Below, one piece after another: positions 20,779-30,500 of a stretch of 32,608 nt of DNA. The DNA is from Polyangiaceae bacterium (GTDB lineage Bacteria > Myxococcota_A > Polyangia > Polyangiales > Polyangiaceae). The notes below the pieces were generated by a model, which was given only the letters and a program-made list of their open reading frames with translations, ran no database searches and was not told where the DNA came from. How positions within the stretch are numbered: position 1 is the first letter of the stretch; each line of letters opens with the position of its first letter. The translations under genes and the position numbers were made by a program. Where the stretch lies: positions 1 to 32,608 of the forward strand of contig JANRKO010000030.1 of assembly GCA_033763455.1 (NCBI GenBank), in the 5' to 3' direction.

Positions 20779-20793
20779 ACAAGTTTCGTGCCG
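20779..20793 (-). promoter_or_regulatory. Candidate sigma-54 promoter
   Basis: The minus strand reads CGGCACGaaacTTGT versus consensus TGGCACG-N4-TTGC, with correct spacing. Confidence 0.4.
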
Positions 20794-20894
20794 GCGTGCC
20801 CCAGCGAGCTGAATCGCGGCAAAAACAACCCTAGCGCATGCAATTTCAGGCTGCCTTGCGCTGCTCCGCTTACCAAGACGGCCGGCCTCCGCTC

Positions 20895-20903
20895 TGCTAT
20901 AGT
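20895..20903 (+). promoter_or_regulatory. Extended -10 element (TGcTATAGT), likely leaderless promoter
   Basis: TG-n-TATAGT ends 7 nt before ATG 20911; no SD sequence. Confidence 0.55.
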
Positions 20904-20910
20904 CACGCGC

Positions 20911-22542
20911 ATGCGACTACGAGTTTCGGTTGATGTTTGGTGTACCGCGTTCGCTACAGCGCTTGGCTTGTTGCCAGGATGCGGGGGCAGCGCCTTTGCC
21001 CCAAGCGGCACGGCTGCCGGTGGCTCAACGAGTGGCGGAACCGGCAATACCCAGATGGGTGGCCAGGGGCACTCGGGCGGAAGCAGCTCAGGTGGTACCG
21101 TTAGCTCAGGTGGCGCCGTTAGCTCTGGTGGCGCCGTTGGCTCTGGTGGCGCCGTTAGCTCTGGTGGAAGCACCATGCTTTCTGGAGGCTCAGGCGGAAT
21201 GGCCCAAGGGGGCTCAGGTGGCTCGCCCATGGAGAGCTGTCCTAACCCTCAGCCGGTACTGGTTCAGGGGCAAGATTCGGGGTTTGTAAGTTGTGGCAAC
21301 GGCATTACTCATCGCGCTCAGGTTAACACCTGCCCTTCTACGCTCCCGCGTGCCGTCGCGTGCGACGTCGCCATTGAGGGCGTAACCAACGAATGCACTT
21401 CCGATTCGCAGTGCACCGCGTCGCCGAACGGCTTTTGTTCCCCCAACGGTGGAGGGCAGGTGCCGGGGTGCTTCTGCCAATACGGCTGCGTTGCCGATAG
21501 CGACTGCGGCGAGGGGCAAGTCTGCGAATGCGGAGACCCAGTGGGTCGTTGCGTCCAGAGTAACTGCAAAGATGATGCAGCGTGCGGAGCAGGTAATCTG
21601 TGCGCGACCTACCAAACCTGCTTCGGCCACGGGTACGCTTGCCAAACCCCAACGGACGCATGTCTTGCTGATGCAGCGTGCACGGAAGGCTTCTGTGGCC
21701 TCAGCGCTAACAACACGCGCGAGTGTCAGTCACGCATCAGTTGCCCGGTCATTGGTCGCCCCTTTTTGATTGCTGGCGCCGAACGTATGGCAACCCTTGG
21801 CACTCGAAACGGTTGGCAATCCGCGAATCTTGCGCCTGATTGCACACTTCTTGATCCCCAAGCGCGCACCTCGTTGGCCGAAGCTTGGGCCAAAAATGGC
21901 CTCATGGAGCACGCCTCCATTGCCGCATTTGCTCGCTTCTCATTGCAGCTTCTGGCTCTTGGCGCACCCGCTTCGCTCCTCGAAGAAACCCACGCAGCCA
22001 TGGCCGACGAGACGCGCCACGCACAGCATTGCTTCGCGCTGGCCAGCTCTTTTGCCGGCACGCGTTTAGGCCCAGAACGCCTCGCGGTGGATCGCGCGCT
22101 AGAGGACATCACGCCCAAGCAGGTACTCATCACCACCATCCTCGAAGGCTGCATTGGGGAAACCATCGCGGCGGTGGAGGCCGAGGAGGCGTTACAATTT
22201 GCAACGGATGAGGCGGTGAGGGTTGCTCTTCAGCAGATCGCTTTCGATGAACAGAAGCACGCAGCCTTGGCGTGGAGAACAGTGCGGTTTCTGCTCGGCG
22301 AACATCCGGAGCTCCGGGCTGTAGCGCGGCGAGTTTTCGATGAGGCTTGTTCCTTTACCCAGAAAATGCCGCCGGAAGCGCAGAACGAGGAGCAGGCAGA
22401 GGGCTTGATCGAGCTTCGCTTTGGTATCGTCGGGGCAGCGCGCCGCGCAGAAATCCGAGCGCAGGTGTTGACCCGGGTGGTCGCACCGTGCGCCCGTGCA
22501 CTTCTGCTTTCCGAGCCGGCTACCGAGCACCTATCCGAATAA
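20911..22542 (+). CDS. Lipoprotein with G/S linker, Cys-rich region and C-terminal ferritin-like diiron domain
   Basis: LPG-C lipobox, C..D..C modules, GRP, then EHASIAAF, DETRH, EGCIGET and DEQKH (E..ExxH x2). I prefer start ATG 20911 over GTG 20788 because it puts the signal peptide at the N-terminus. Confidence 0.88.
   Translation: MRLRVSVDVWCTAFATALGLLPGCGGSAFAPSGTAAGGSTSGGTGNTQMGGQGHSGGSSSGGTVSSGGAVSSGGAVGSGGAVSSGGSTMLSGGSGGMAQGGSGGSPMESCPNPQPVLVQGQDSGFVSCGNGITHRAQVNTCPSTLPRAVACDVAIEGVTNECTSDSQCTASPNGFCSPNGGGQVPGCFCQYGCVADSDCGEGQVCECGDPVGRCVQSNCKDDAACGAGNLCATYQTCFGHGYACQTPTDACLADAACTEGFCGLSANNTRECQSRISCPVIGRPFLIAGAERMATLGTRNGWQSANLAPDCTLLDPQARTSLAEAWAKNGLMEHASIAAFARFSLQLLALGAPASLLEETHAAMADETRHAQHCFALASSFAGTRLGPERLAVDRALEDITPKQVLITTILEGCIGETIAAVEAEEALQFATDEAVRVALQQIAFDEQKHAALAWRTVRFLLGEHPELRAVARRVFDEACSFTQKMPPEAQNEEQAEGLIELRFGIVGAARRAEIRAQVLTRVVAPCARALLLSEPATEHLSE
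21085..21167 (+). repeat. 18-bp tandem repeat (~4.6 copies; SSGGAV linker)
   Basis: agctc(a/t)ggtggcgccgtt-type units at 21085, 21103, 21121, 21139 and a partial at 21157. Confidence 0.92.
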
Positions 22543-23901
22543 GGCCCCGGTGCTCATTCCAACGGAAGTGGCCTGCGGATCGAAGCCCCGGAGCGCCGTT
22601 AGGTGGAGGTTGCCAACCGACGTTGGCGGAACGCGCAGGTGTTGCCCAGGCGTTATCACACCGCCGAAGCGCCCAGCGAGAAGAACGGGCAAGTTCTCGT
22701 AGTTGTGTTTATCCCCGTCGGAAACATCGCTTCCCATGTAGACAAGGGAGCTATCGAGCACCGTGCCCCCGCCTTCCGCCATGCCCTTCAGCAGGCCGGC
22801 AAAGTACGCAAACTGCTCAACTTCCCAGGTGTCGATAGTGGTGAGGGTGCGCAGATTCTCTGCGCCGTTCCCGTGGTGCGACGGGCCATGGTGCCCATCG
22901 CTTGTGCCCAAGAAATCAAAAACAACTTCACTCTCCCAACCCGCACCCACGAGAGTAATCACCCGTGTGAGCCCGCACTGAAGAGCTAGCGCCGCCACAT
23001 CCATCAGGCTCTTGAGCCTGCCTCGGTAGTCATTCGCAAAGGCTTGCGCTGGGCGAACCCGAGCGCTGCAGTCCACCGAAGGCGCGGGGCCTGTGGGCGA
23101 TGCAGCGGACAGGCGTTGCTCCAGCTCACGCAAAGAGGTGAGGTATTGGTCAAGCTTGGCCTTATCCGTTGGACCGAGCTTGGGTAAAAGCGCGTTCGTA
23201 TCCTGCGCGGCGGCGTCCAGGACACTCAATTTGAGTGCCCTGCGTGCTTCCGCCTGGGGATCGGGTGTCGAGGTAGTGCCCGTACTGGAGGGTGAAGGCG
23301 CCGGTTGGTTTGCGAACAGGCGATCGAAGGCCGCCTGCGGATCCTCTTCGCCCACCGCCGGCTGGGTGGGTGATTTCCAGGAGATCACGTTGCCGTAGAT
23401 ACACGGCGTGCCATCACAATCGCCAGCTGCTGCCTGTGCCGCGTTGCCCTCACCTGCGCTCAACTCCAGGCTAGCAAACGGGGTTTGCCCGACGAGCTTC
23501 TGAGCCATCCGCTGATCGACGGTCATGTTGTTGCTGAGCACAAGCGGCTCGAGCGTTCCGGCCGAAGCTTGTGCGGTGAGGAACGAGGCAAACCCCCGAA
23601 GGTGCGCGTTCCCCCCCACGGCCGCGACGGTGTTCTGCAGCCCGGAAACCACCGTCACCTCTGAGCGGATGGGTGCCAAACCCTGCAGGATCGGCGTTAA
23701 TGCGTAATTGGCACCTTCGGTTGCTGGCGTAAAATCCGCCATGTTGAAGCCGTTCGGGAACAAGATTGCCACGTAGCGCCGGGGAAAAGCCGTTGCCTGC
23801 CCGCGCGCCGCGGGAAGCATCTGGTCCAAGAACGGGAGGGCAATTGCGACGCCCGCCCCTCGCAGCAGTGTTCGTCTGGAAAGGAACCAGGATTTCTTCA
23901 T
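22531..23901 (-). CDS. DUF1552 domain protein (Tat signal)
   Basis: LSRRTLLRGAGVAIALPFL, FPNG, TVDQ..A, SLEL, P..AF.RLF, KLDQYL..LRELE, HHGPSHH and H...NLPVLLAG. ATGA overlap with the upstream gene. Confidence 0.9.
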   Translation of the reverse strand: MKKSWFLSRRTLLRGAGVAIALPFLDQMLPAARGQATAFPRRYVAILFPNGFNMADFTPATEGANYALTPILQGLAPIRSEVTVVSGLQNTVAAVGGNAHLRGFASFLTAQASAGTLEPLVLSNNMTVDQRMAQKLVGQTPFASLELSAGEGNAAQAAAGDCDGTPCIYGNVISWKSPTQPAVGEEDPQAAFDRLFANQPAPSPSSTGTTSTPDPQAEARRALKLSVLDAAAQDTNALLPKLGPTDKAKLDQYLTSLRELEQRLSAASPTGPAPSVDCSARVRPAQAFANDYRGRLKSLMDVAALALQCGLTRVITLVGAGWESEVVFDFLGTSDGHHGPSHHGNGAENLRTLTTIDTWEVEQFAYFAGLLKGMAEGGGTVLDSSLVYMGSDVSDGDKHNYENLPVLLAGRFGGVITPGQHLRVPPTSVGNLHLTALRGFDPQATSVGMSTGALFG

Positions 23902-25643
23902 GGCATCACTCCTTGTGGCTCGCCTCGGCGAGCCGTAAACGGCGCGCTTGTGACAAGTACTCCTAGCAGTTGCTCCAGCGTGGCACCCTTGGCCACCTCA
24001 TTCACCATATCGGTGTGCAGGCATGAATCAGCGGAAGTCAGTGCCCGCCCGAGGGCAAACGTACTCAGCTGATCACTCAAGCAACCGTGAAACAGTGGGT
24101 CGCTCGACAAAACCGCTGAGAGCTCGGCTGGCCCATTGAAGGTTCGCCCCCCGGGCAGCATCCCAGCCGCGTCTATGTTAACGCCGTCGACTTGAGTGCG
24201 GAAGCGCCCAATCGTGTCAAAGTTCTCAAGCCCGAGGCCAATGGGGTCAATGAGCGTGTGGCAGCCAGCACAAACCGGATTTGCCCGGTGAATTGCCAGG
24301 CGTTCGCGCTCGCTCGTGGCAGCGGCTGCGCCCGGTACCTCGGGGATCGTTCCATTGGGAGGAGGCGGTGGCTCGGCGCAAAGCATCCTAGCGGCAACCC
24401 ACTTACCGCGCTTCACGGCGGACGTATGGTCGGGCTTTGACGTGAGGCTCAACACCGAGCCATGTCCCAGGATCCCACGGCGGGGGCCCGCGGGGACCGC
24501 CACGCGCTGCAGTTCGGCACCGAGCCCCGTCGCCTCCAAACCGTAGTGGCGAGCCAGAAGGTCGTTGGCAAACGTGTAGTCGGCTGAAAACAGCGTGGCG
24601 AGGGGCGCTGTGCCCTCAAAGAACGTTGCCAAAAAAAGCCTCGACTCATTTTGCATGGCAGAGAACAGCGCTGGAGTGGCCTCGGGAAAGAGCGCCGTGT
24701 CCTTCGAAAGCGTGCCCACCTCCGAAAGCGACAACCACCGCATCGCGAACTCGTCGGTGAGGACACTCGCTTTGGGATCGGCGAGCATCCGTGCAAGTTC
24801 ACTCCGTAGAACGTCATTGGAGTAGAGCGCCCCGGTATCGGCCTGCGCGGACAGCCCCGCATCAGGAACACTGCCCCACACCAAGTACGAAAGCCGGGTC
24901 GCAAGCTCATGGCTCGTCAACCCGTGCGGAACCAGTGAGTTCGGTTCTGGATCGAGCTCCACACGGAACACGAAGTTGGGAGCAATGAGCAACGAGCTCA
25001 GGGCAGCCCGGGTACGGTCCGCTAGGGTTCCCTCAGGTCGGCCAAGGATACCGAGGAACGGGGCGAGCTCAACATCAGTAACGGGGCGCCGGAACGCCTT
25101 GCGTGCAAAGGATTTCACGATCTGACCGGCGCAGTTCGAATCCCCTTCACTGGGTGCGCATACCCACAGCTTGGCCCCGGACGGCTGCGTACCCCCTTCT
25201 TCACGAGCCCAGGCTTCAGCCACCAAGCGGTCGGCCGCGTCGGCATATTTCTCGAAGAGCAACGGCCCCACGGTGAGGGCATCGGCGAGGAAGGCATCGT
25301 CCTTAGGAAAGCCGCTCCCTGGGCTGGTGGAATCACCTAACAGGTCGCGCACGGTGTGGTCGTACTGGGGACCCGTGAGCCGCCGCACCGTTACCCGACC
25401 CGGATCCTCGCACGCGCCCAGCACAGGTGGAGGGGGAAGAGGCTGGCCAACGTTAGATCCTCCACCGCCTACTCCGGTCGAACCCTGCCCGGGAAGAGGA
25501 GCCCCACCGCCGGTTCCGCTAGCGGTCGCCATGGTCTGGCGGGGCGAGGACCGCCCGTCCGCGGCGCTCTGACACCCGATCCCGAGGGCTACAGAAGCCA
25601 AAACGGCCACGCTCATGAGACTACAGCGATACCTAGGACGCAT
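23898..25643 (-). CDS. DUF1592/DUF1588-type (PSD-domain) lipoprotein with one CxxCH
   Basis: Lipobox IG-C, RRLT..QY..TVRDL, AFRRP, ELATRLSY..W.S.PD, RRGILG, VKRG.WV, CAGCH..IDP.G.GLENFD.IG; SD ggagg. Confidence 0.9.
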   Translation of the reverse strand: MRPRYRCSLMSVAVLASVALGIGCQSAADGRSSPRQTMATASGTGGGAPLPGQGSTGVGGGGSNVGQPLPPPPVLGACEDPGRVTVRRLTGPQYDHTVRDLLGDSTSPGSGFPKDDAFLADALTVGPLLFEKYADAADRLVAEAWAREEGGTQPSGAKLWVCAPSEGDSNCAGQIVKSFARKAFRRPVTDVELAPFLGILGRPEGTLADRTRAALSSLLIAPNFVFRVELDPEPNSLVPHGLTSHELATRLSYLVWGSVPDAGLSAQADTGALYSNDVLRSELARMLADPKASVLTDEFAMRWLSLSEVGTLSKDTALFPEATPALFSAMQNESRLFLATFFEGTAPLATLFSADYTFANDLLARHYGLEATGLGAELQRVAVPAGPRRGILGHGSVLSLTSKPDHTSAVKRGKWVAARMLCAEPPPPPNGTIPEVPGAAAATSERERLAIHRANPVCAGCHTLIDPIGLGLENFDTIGRFRTQVDGVNIDAAGMLPGGRTFNGPAELSAVLSSDPLFHGCLSDQLSTFALGRALTSADSCLHTDMVNEVAKGATLEQLLGVLVTSAPFTARRGEPQGVMP

Positions 25644-25899
25644 GTCTATTCCTCCAAAACCAGACGTTTAGGCCGACGGCGTAAACCCTGAACGTGAGGG
25701 GCCACAGCGCTGGAGCGTGTTGTTTGCTCCGAGCAGTGGTCAGGATGGCAGCGTCGCATCGGATCCCCAAGCGGCATTCCGTACCAATCCTGTTCATATT
25801 GTCTCGCCACGGGAAAAACCGCTCAAGCAACACCCAAGCGGCACAAGCTAACGATGCTTCCTAAACTATCCTCTTTTCCCTGCTACCTTTGCCTCCTAG

Positions 25900-26778
25900 A
25901 TGCGTGCTCTCTCGGCTCCCCTTTCACCGTGGATCCACCTCGCGGGCAATTGTAAGCGTGGACCATGGGAGGCCCTCCATCGTCGCATGCCGCACTACAT
26001 GCTCGTTGTCAGCTACGACGGCGAAGAGCACATCACGGTAGACGGCCACTCGGAGGTGGTGCCAGCCGGCGGAGCCTACTTGGTACAGCCCGGATCGCTG
26101 GTCGATTACTTCGGATCCAAGACCGGAAACAGGCCTGCTTTTGCGCATTTCGATCTCGTCTTCAGCGAACACCGCGGTGAATACAAAAATACACCGGACT
26201 TCGCGACCACCCTCGACGAACGGGCGCACCTCCTTCAACCAACCACCGAAGAGCTGTTCAATGTTGCACTCCCCATTCGCGTGCCGCAGCTCCTTGAGCG
26301 GATGCTGGCACGGCAAGTGGATACCATCGTGGAAGAATGGTCGCACGGTGGGGAGCTCGGCAAACTGCGGGCGAACTCTTTGCTGCTCACACTCATTATC
26401 GATTGGGTCCGCAGTCAAGCCAGCGCCGGCGAAACAGTCCAAGCCCCGCTCGGAATAGAGGAGCGGCTACGCCGCGCAGAAGCGTTAGCCAGGAATTCCT
26501 TAGAGAAGGGGTTCAGCTCGGAAGACTTCGCCCACCACGCGGGCTTCAGCCGCACGCACTTCAGCCGTATTTACCGAGCGCACCGTGGCCAGAGCCCGGG
26601 GGAGGCACTGCGGGAGATGAGGTTGTCCGAAGCATTTAGGCTGCTGAAGGAGACGCGCCTGAACGTCGTGGAGATAGCTCGATTGGTAGGTTTCCCAGGG
26701 GCCTCGGCACTAGCTCGGGCCTTTCGGCAGAAACACGGGTGCAGCCCTTCCGACCTCCGAGCAGGGCGGGAAGGCTAG
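25900..26778 (+). CDS. AraC-family transcriptional regulator
   Basis: N-terminal cupin-like domain and C-terminal double HTH (AGFSRTHFSRIY...EIARLVGF....LARAFRQKHGCSP). Confidence 0.92.
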   Translation: MRALSAPLSPWIHLAGNCKRGPWEALHRRMPHYMLVVSYDGEEHITVDGHSEVVPAGGAYLVQPGSLVDYFGSKTGNRPAFAHFDLVFSEHRGEYKNTPDFATTLDERAHLLQPTTEELFNVALPIRVPQLLERMLARQVDTIVEEWSHGGELGKLRANSLLLTLIIDWVRSQASAGETVQAPLGIEERLRRAEALARNSLEKGFSSEDFAHHAGFSRTHFSRIYRAHRGQSPGEALREMRLSEAFRLLKETRLNVVEIARLVGFPGASALARAFRQKHGCSPSDLRAGREG

Positions 26779-26851
26779 CTCATCCGAGCGAGCCTGGATT
26801 CGCACTCTTGTGCTAGGCTCCGCCCAGGTCCCACTCTTCGGAGGTTTTGTC

Positions 26852-27517
26852 GTGTACCGATCTATCTTTGCATCGTTCTCACTCATTACTCTCGCTCTGC
26901 TCCCTCAAGCTTGTGGAGGAACGCCGCCTCCAGCTAACAGCGCTGCAGAAGCAACGCAAGCTCCCGCGGCTGCAACGCCAGCGTCCGAATCAAAAAGCGC
27001 CACCGCCCAAGCAGAGGAAGAAAAGCCCACCGAAACAGCAGTAGCACCAGAGGAAGAAAAGAAGGCTGGCCCCTCTCCCAAGGAATTACTGACACGTGAA
27101 GGGGTTATGTACTCATTCGCCTTTCGGAGCTCAGATGCTTACACCAAAGCACAAGCGGCCTGCGAAAAGGAATCAGGCAACGATCAGAAGGCTATAGCCG
27201 GCTGCATGGCGAAAGCGCGCGCGAGTATCACCAAAGATGCCATGGTATTTCGCAAGGGCGACGACGGTAACTTCTGGTGGTACACAATTCAGCAAAAGGG
27301 CGCCAAAATGGAGACGCTGAGCAAAGTTCAGGTCGAATTTGGCGAAGAGAAGGACGGCAAAATCACCGTCAAAGCCGTAGGAAAATCTCAAGGCAAAGTC
27401 CCGGCGCCCAAGGAGCTCTCCGTGGAGGTTCCAAACGAAGCTGAGATTTTTGTGGCCGACGAAGCCGCCGGCAAGATGGTGTACGAAGTGAAGATGGGCG
27501 TGCTCGATAAGCTCTAA
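26852..27517 (+). CDS. Hypothetical lipoprotein
   Basis: SD ggagg before GTG 26852, PQA-C lipobox, A/P/E linker and a compact domain with 2 Cys. Confidence 0.82.
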   Translation: MYRSIFASFSLITLALLPQACGGTPPPANSAAEATQAPAAATPASESKSATAQAEEEKPTETAVAPEEEKKAGPSPKELLTREGVMYSFAFRSSDAYTKAQAACEKESGNDQKAIAGCMAKARASITKDAMVFRKGDDGNFWWYTIQQKGAKMETLSKVQVEFGEEKDGKITVKAVGKSQGKVPAPKELSVEVPNEAEIFVADEAAGKMVYEVKMGVLDKL

Positions 27518-27553
27518 GCGCCACGAAACTTCCAAGGTAAACGCGCGCTTCCC

Positions 27554-30500
27554 ATGCCCGATCCCACTCTAACGGCTTCCGAGAGTGTGAGCGCGCTTCA
27601 CCCCGCCGTGAAGCTGTGGTTCGAGCGGCGCTTCCCCCACGGGCCAACGCTCCCCCAAGCTGAGGGTTGGCCGAAGGTCGCAGCAGGTGTTGACACACTC
27701 ATTGCCGCCCCCACAGGTTCCGGCAAGACACTTACAGGCTTTCTGATCTGCATCGATCGCTTGTATCGTCAGCACGAAGCGGGCACGCTCGCCGAGCCCC
27801 GCACCCAAGTTGTCTATGTCTCACCGCTCAAAGCGTTGACGGTGGACATCCACAAGAATTTGGAACTCCCGCTCCTAGAAATCGCCGAAACAGCGCGTGA
27901 ATTGGGCTTCTCTCCTCCCGAGATTCGGGTCCTCGCTCGCTCGGGGGATACGCCTCAGAAAGATCGCGCGCGGATGTTAACGCACCCGCCACACTTCTTG
28001 ATCACCACGCCAGAATCGCTCTACCTGCTGGTTACCTCCGAGCGAAGCCGCGAGCTTCTACGCGACGTCAACACAGTTATCGTGGATGAAATTCACGCTG
28101 TTGCGCGCGACAAACGCGGCTCCCACTTGGCGCTCACTCTCGCGCGCCTCGCCCACGTGTGCCATACGCCACCGCAGTTCATCGGCCTCTCCGCTACCCA
28201 AAAGCCGCTCGATGTGATCGCGCGTTTGCTCGTAGGCACGGAAGCGCGCGCGGTAAAGACGGCCATTGTGAATGTGGGGCACCAGCGAGCGCTGGATCTT
28301 GCGATAGATATTCCCGATTCAGAGCTGGAAGCTGTGGCTTCCCACGAGCAAATTGCCGAGGTGCTCGATAAGATTGCCGCCGAAGTTAAGAGTCGCCGAA
28401 CAACACTGATTTTCGTAAACACCCGACGCCTTTCGGAGCGGTTAGCTCACCTTTTAGCCGAACGCTTGGGGCCGGAACGTGTGGCGGCCCATCATGGCAG
28501 CCTTTCCAAAGAGCGCAGGCTCGCAATAGAAGATCGGCTGCGCGCGGGCGAGCTCTCGGCGCTGGTGGCAACCGCCTCCTTGGAGCTCGGCCTAGATGTG
28601 GGCCCGGTGGAGCTAGTTTGCCAAATTGGTTCGCCCCGCAGCATCGCGACATTTCTACAACGAGTGGGTCGTTCTGGGCACAGTCGGTTTGGTACGCCTG
28701 TTGGCAGGTTGTATCCACTCACGCGTGATGAGTTGGTGGAGTGTGTTGCGCTGATGCGAGCGGTGCGAGGTGGGCGCTTAGATGCGATTCGACCGCCTGT
28801 GTGCCCATTGGATATTCTGGCACAGCACATCATCGCCGAATGCGCCTGCGAAGAGTGGGATGAAGAGGCACTTTTTCAGCTCGTTCGGAGCGCTTCCCCA
28901 TTCGCGAGCCTCACGCGGGAAGTCTACGAATCTATATTGGAGTTGGTAACCGAAGGGGTGATCACCGGGCGTGGCACTCGTGCGGACTACGTCAAGCGAG
29001 ATAGGATCCACAAGAAGCTCACCGGTCGGCGCGGCGCGCGTCTAGCAGCCCTCACTTCCGGCGGCGCGATCCCAGAGAACGCTGACTACCGTGTAGTGGC
29101 CGATCCAGACGACACGTTTGTTGGCACCATCAATGAAGATTTTGCCATTGAAAGCATGGCAGGCGACGTATTTTTGTTGGGCAGTACTTCCTGGCGCATT
29201 CGCCGTGTGGAGCGCGGCATCGTGCGAGTGGTGGACGCCCAGGGCGCAAGCCCCACGATCCCGTTCTGGTTGGGTGAGGCTCCGGCGCGCAGCTTCGAGC
29301 TCTCTGCTGAAGTCTCGGCTTTGCGCACTCGCGTTACGGAGCTTCTGGAGCTCGGCGCAGCAAGCGGCCGAACGTGGTTGAAGCCGCTGTGCCCCGAACT
29401 GATGGCGGAGTGCGGAATTAGCGAAAAAGTAGCCCTCGCCGTGCTCGAATACCTTTCCGCCGTGCACGCCGCGCTCGGTTGTTTGCCAACCCAAAAAGAT
29501 CTAGTGTTCGAGCGTTTCTTTGACGACACGGGCGGCATGCAGCTCGTGCTCCACTCACCACTCGGTGGGCGCATCAATCGAGCTCTCGGGCTCCTGTTGC
29601 GTAAACGCTTCTGTCGTTCGTTTGACTTCGAGCTCCAAGCCGCGGCAAGTGACGATTCGATTCTGTTGTCTCTCGGCCCTCAACACAGCTTCCCGTTAGA
29701 AGATCTGCGTGATTCGCTGAACCCAGCAGGCATCGATGAAGCGCTGCGCCAGGCCGTGCTCGCTACGCCCATGTTCGGCGTCAGGTGGCGTTGGAACCTG
29801 AACCGTTTCCTCCTTGTGCTGCGCTTTCGCGGAGGCAAAAGGAACCCTCCTCCCCTGCAACGCATGGAGGCGGACGACATGATGGCAGCCATTTTTCCCT
29901 CGCTTGCGGCCTGCCAAGACAACGCGACGGGACCGCGCATCATCCCGAGTCACCCCGTGGTGGATCAAACCCTCGGGGATTGCATGACAGAGGCCATGGA
30001 CCTTGAAGGCCTTCGGCACACACTTGAAGCCATTCGAGCTGGCACCGTTCGAGTCCACTTTCGAGACACCACCGAGCCTTCTCCGCTCAGCCACGAAATC
30101 TTGAATAGCCGTCCGTATACGTTTCTCGACGATGCGCCGCTGGAGGAACGCCGCGCACGAGCCGTGCAGCTCCGAAAAGGCCTGCCGCTGCATGCACGCG
30201 AGCTCTCTTCGCTAGATCCCGCCGCGATCGATCGGGTCAAAGATGAAGCACTCCCAGCACCCCAGAATGCGGAGGAGCTCCACGATTGGCTTGAAAGCGT
30301 CGTATTATTGCGCGAAAACAGCGAGTATTCAGGGCTATTTTCTACCCTCCAGGAACGCGACCGAGCCCACCTTGTGGAGCTTCGCACGGTCGAAGGTGCG
30401 GATGGCGCTGTAGGCGCGCATGGCACGAAGCCCGTTTCAGGCCGTTTCTGGTGCGCAGCCGAAAATGCCGACTGGGTGCTGAAGTTGGAGCCCACCGCAC

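Noticed and set aside
20721..21230. Pro/Glu-rich minus ORF (PPELTA repeats)
   Set aside because: It is the antisense of the SSGGAV linker repeat in the ferritin-like lipoprotein.
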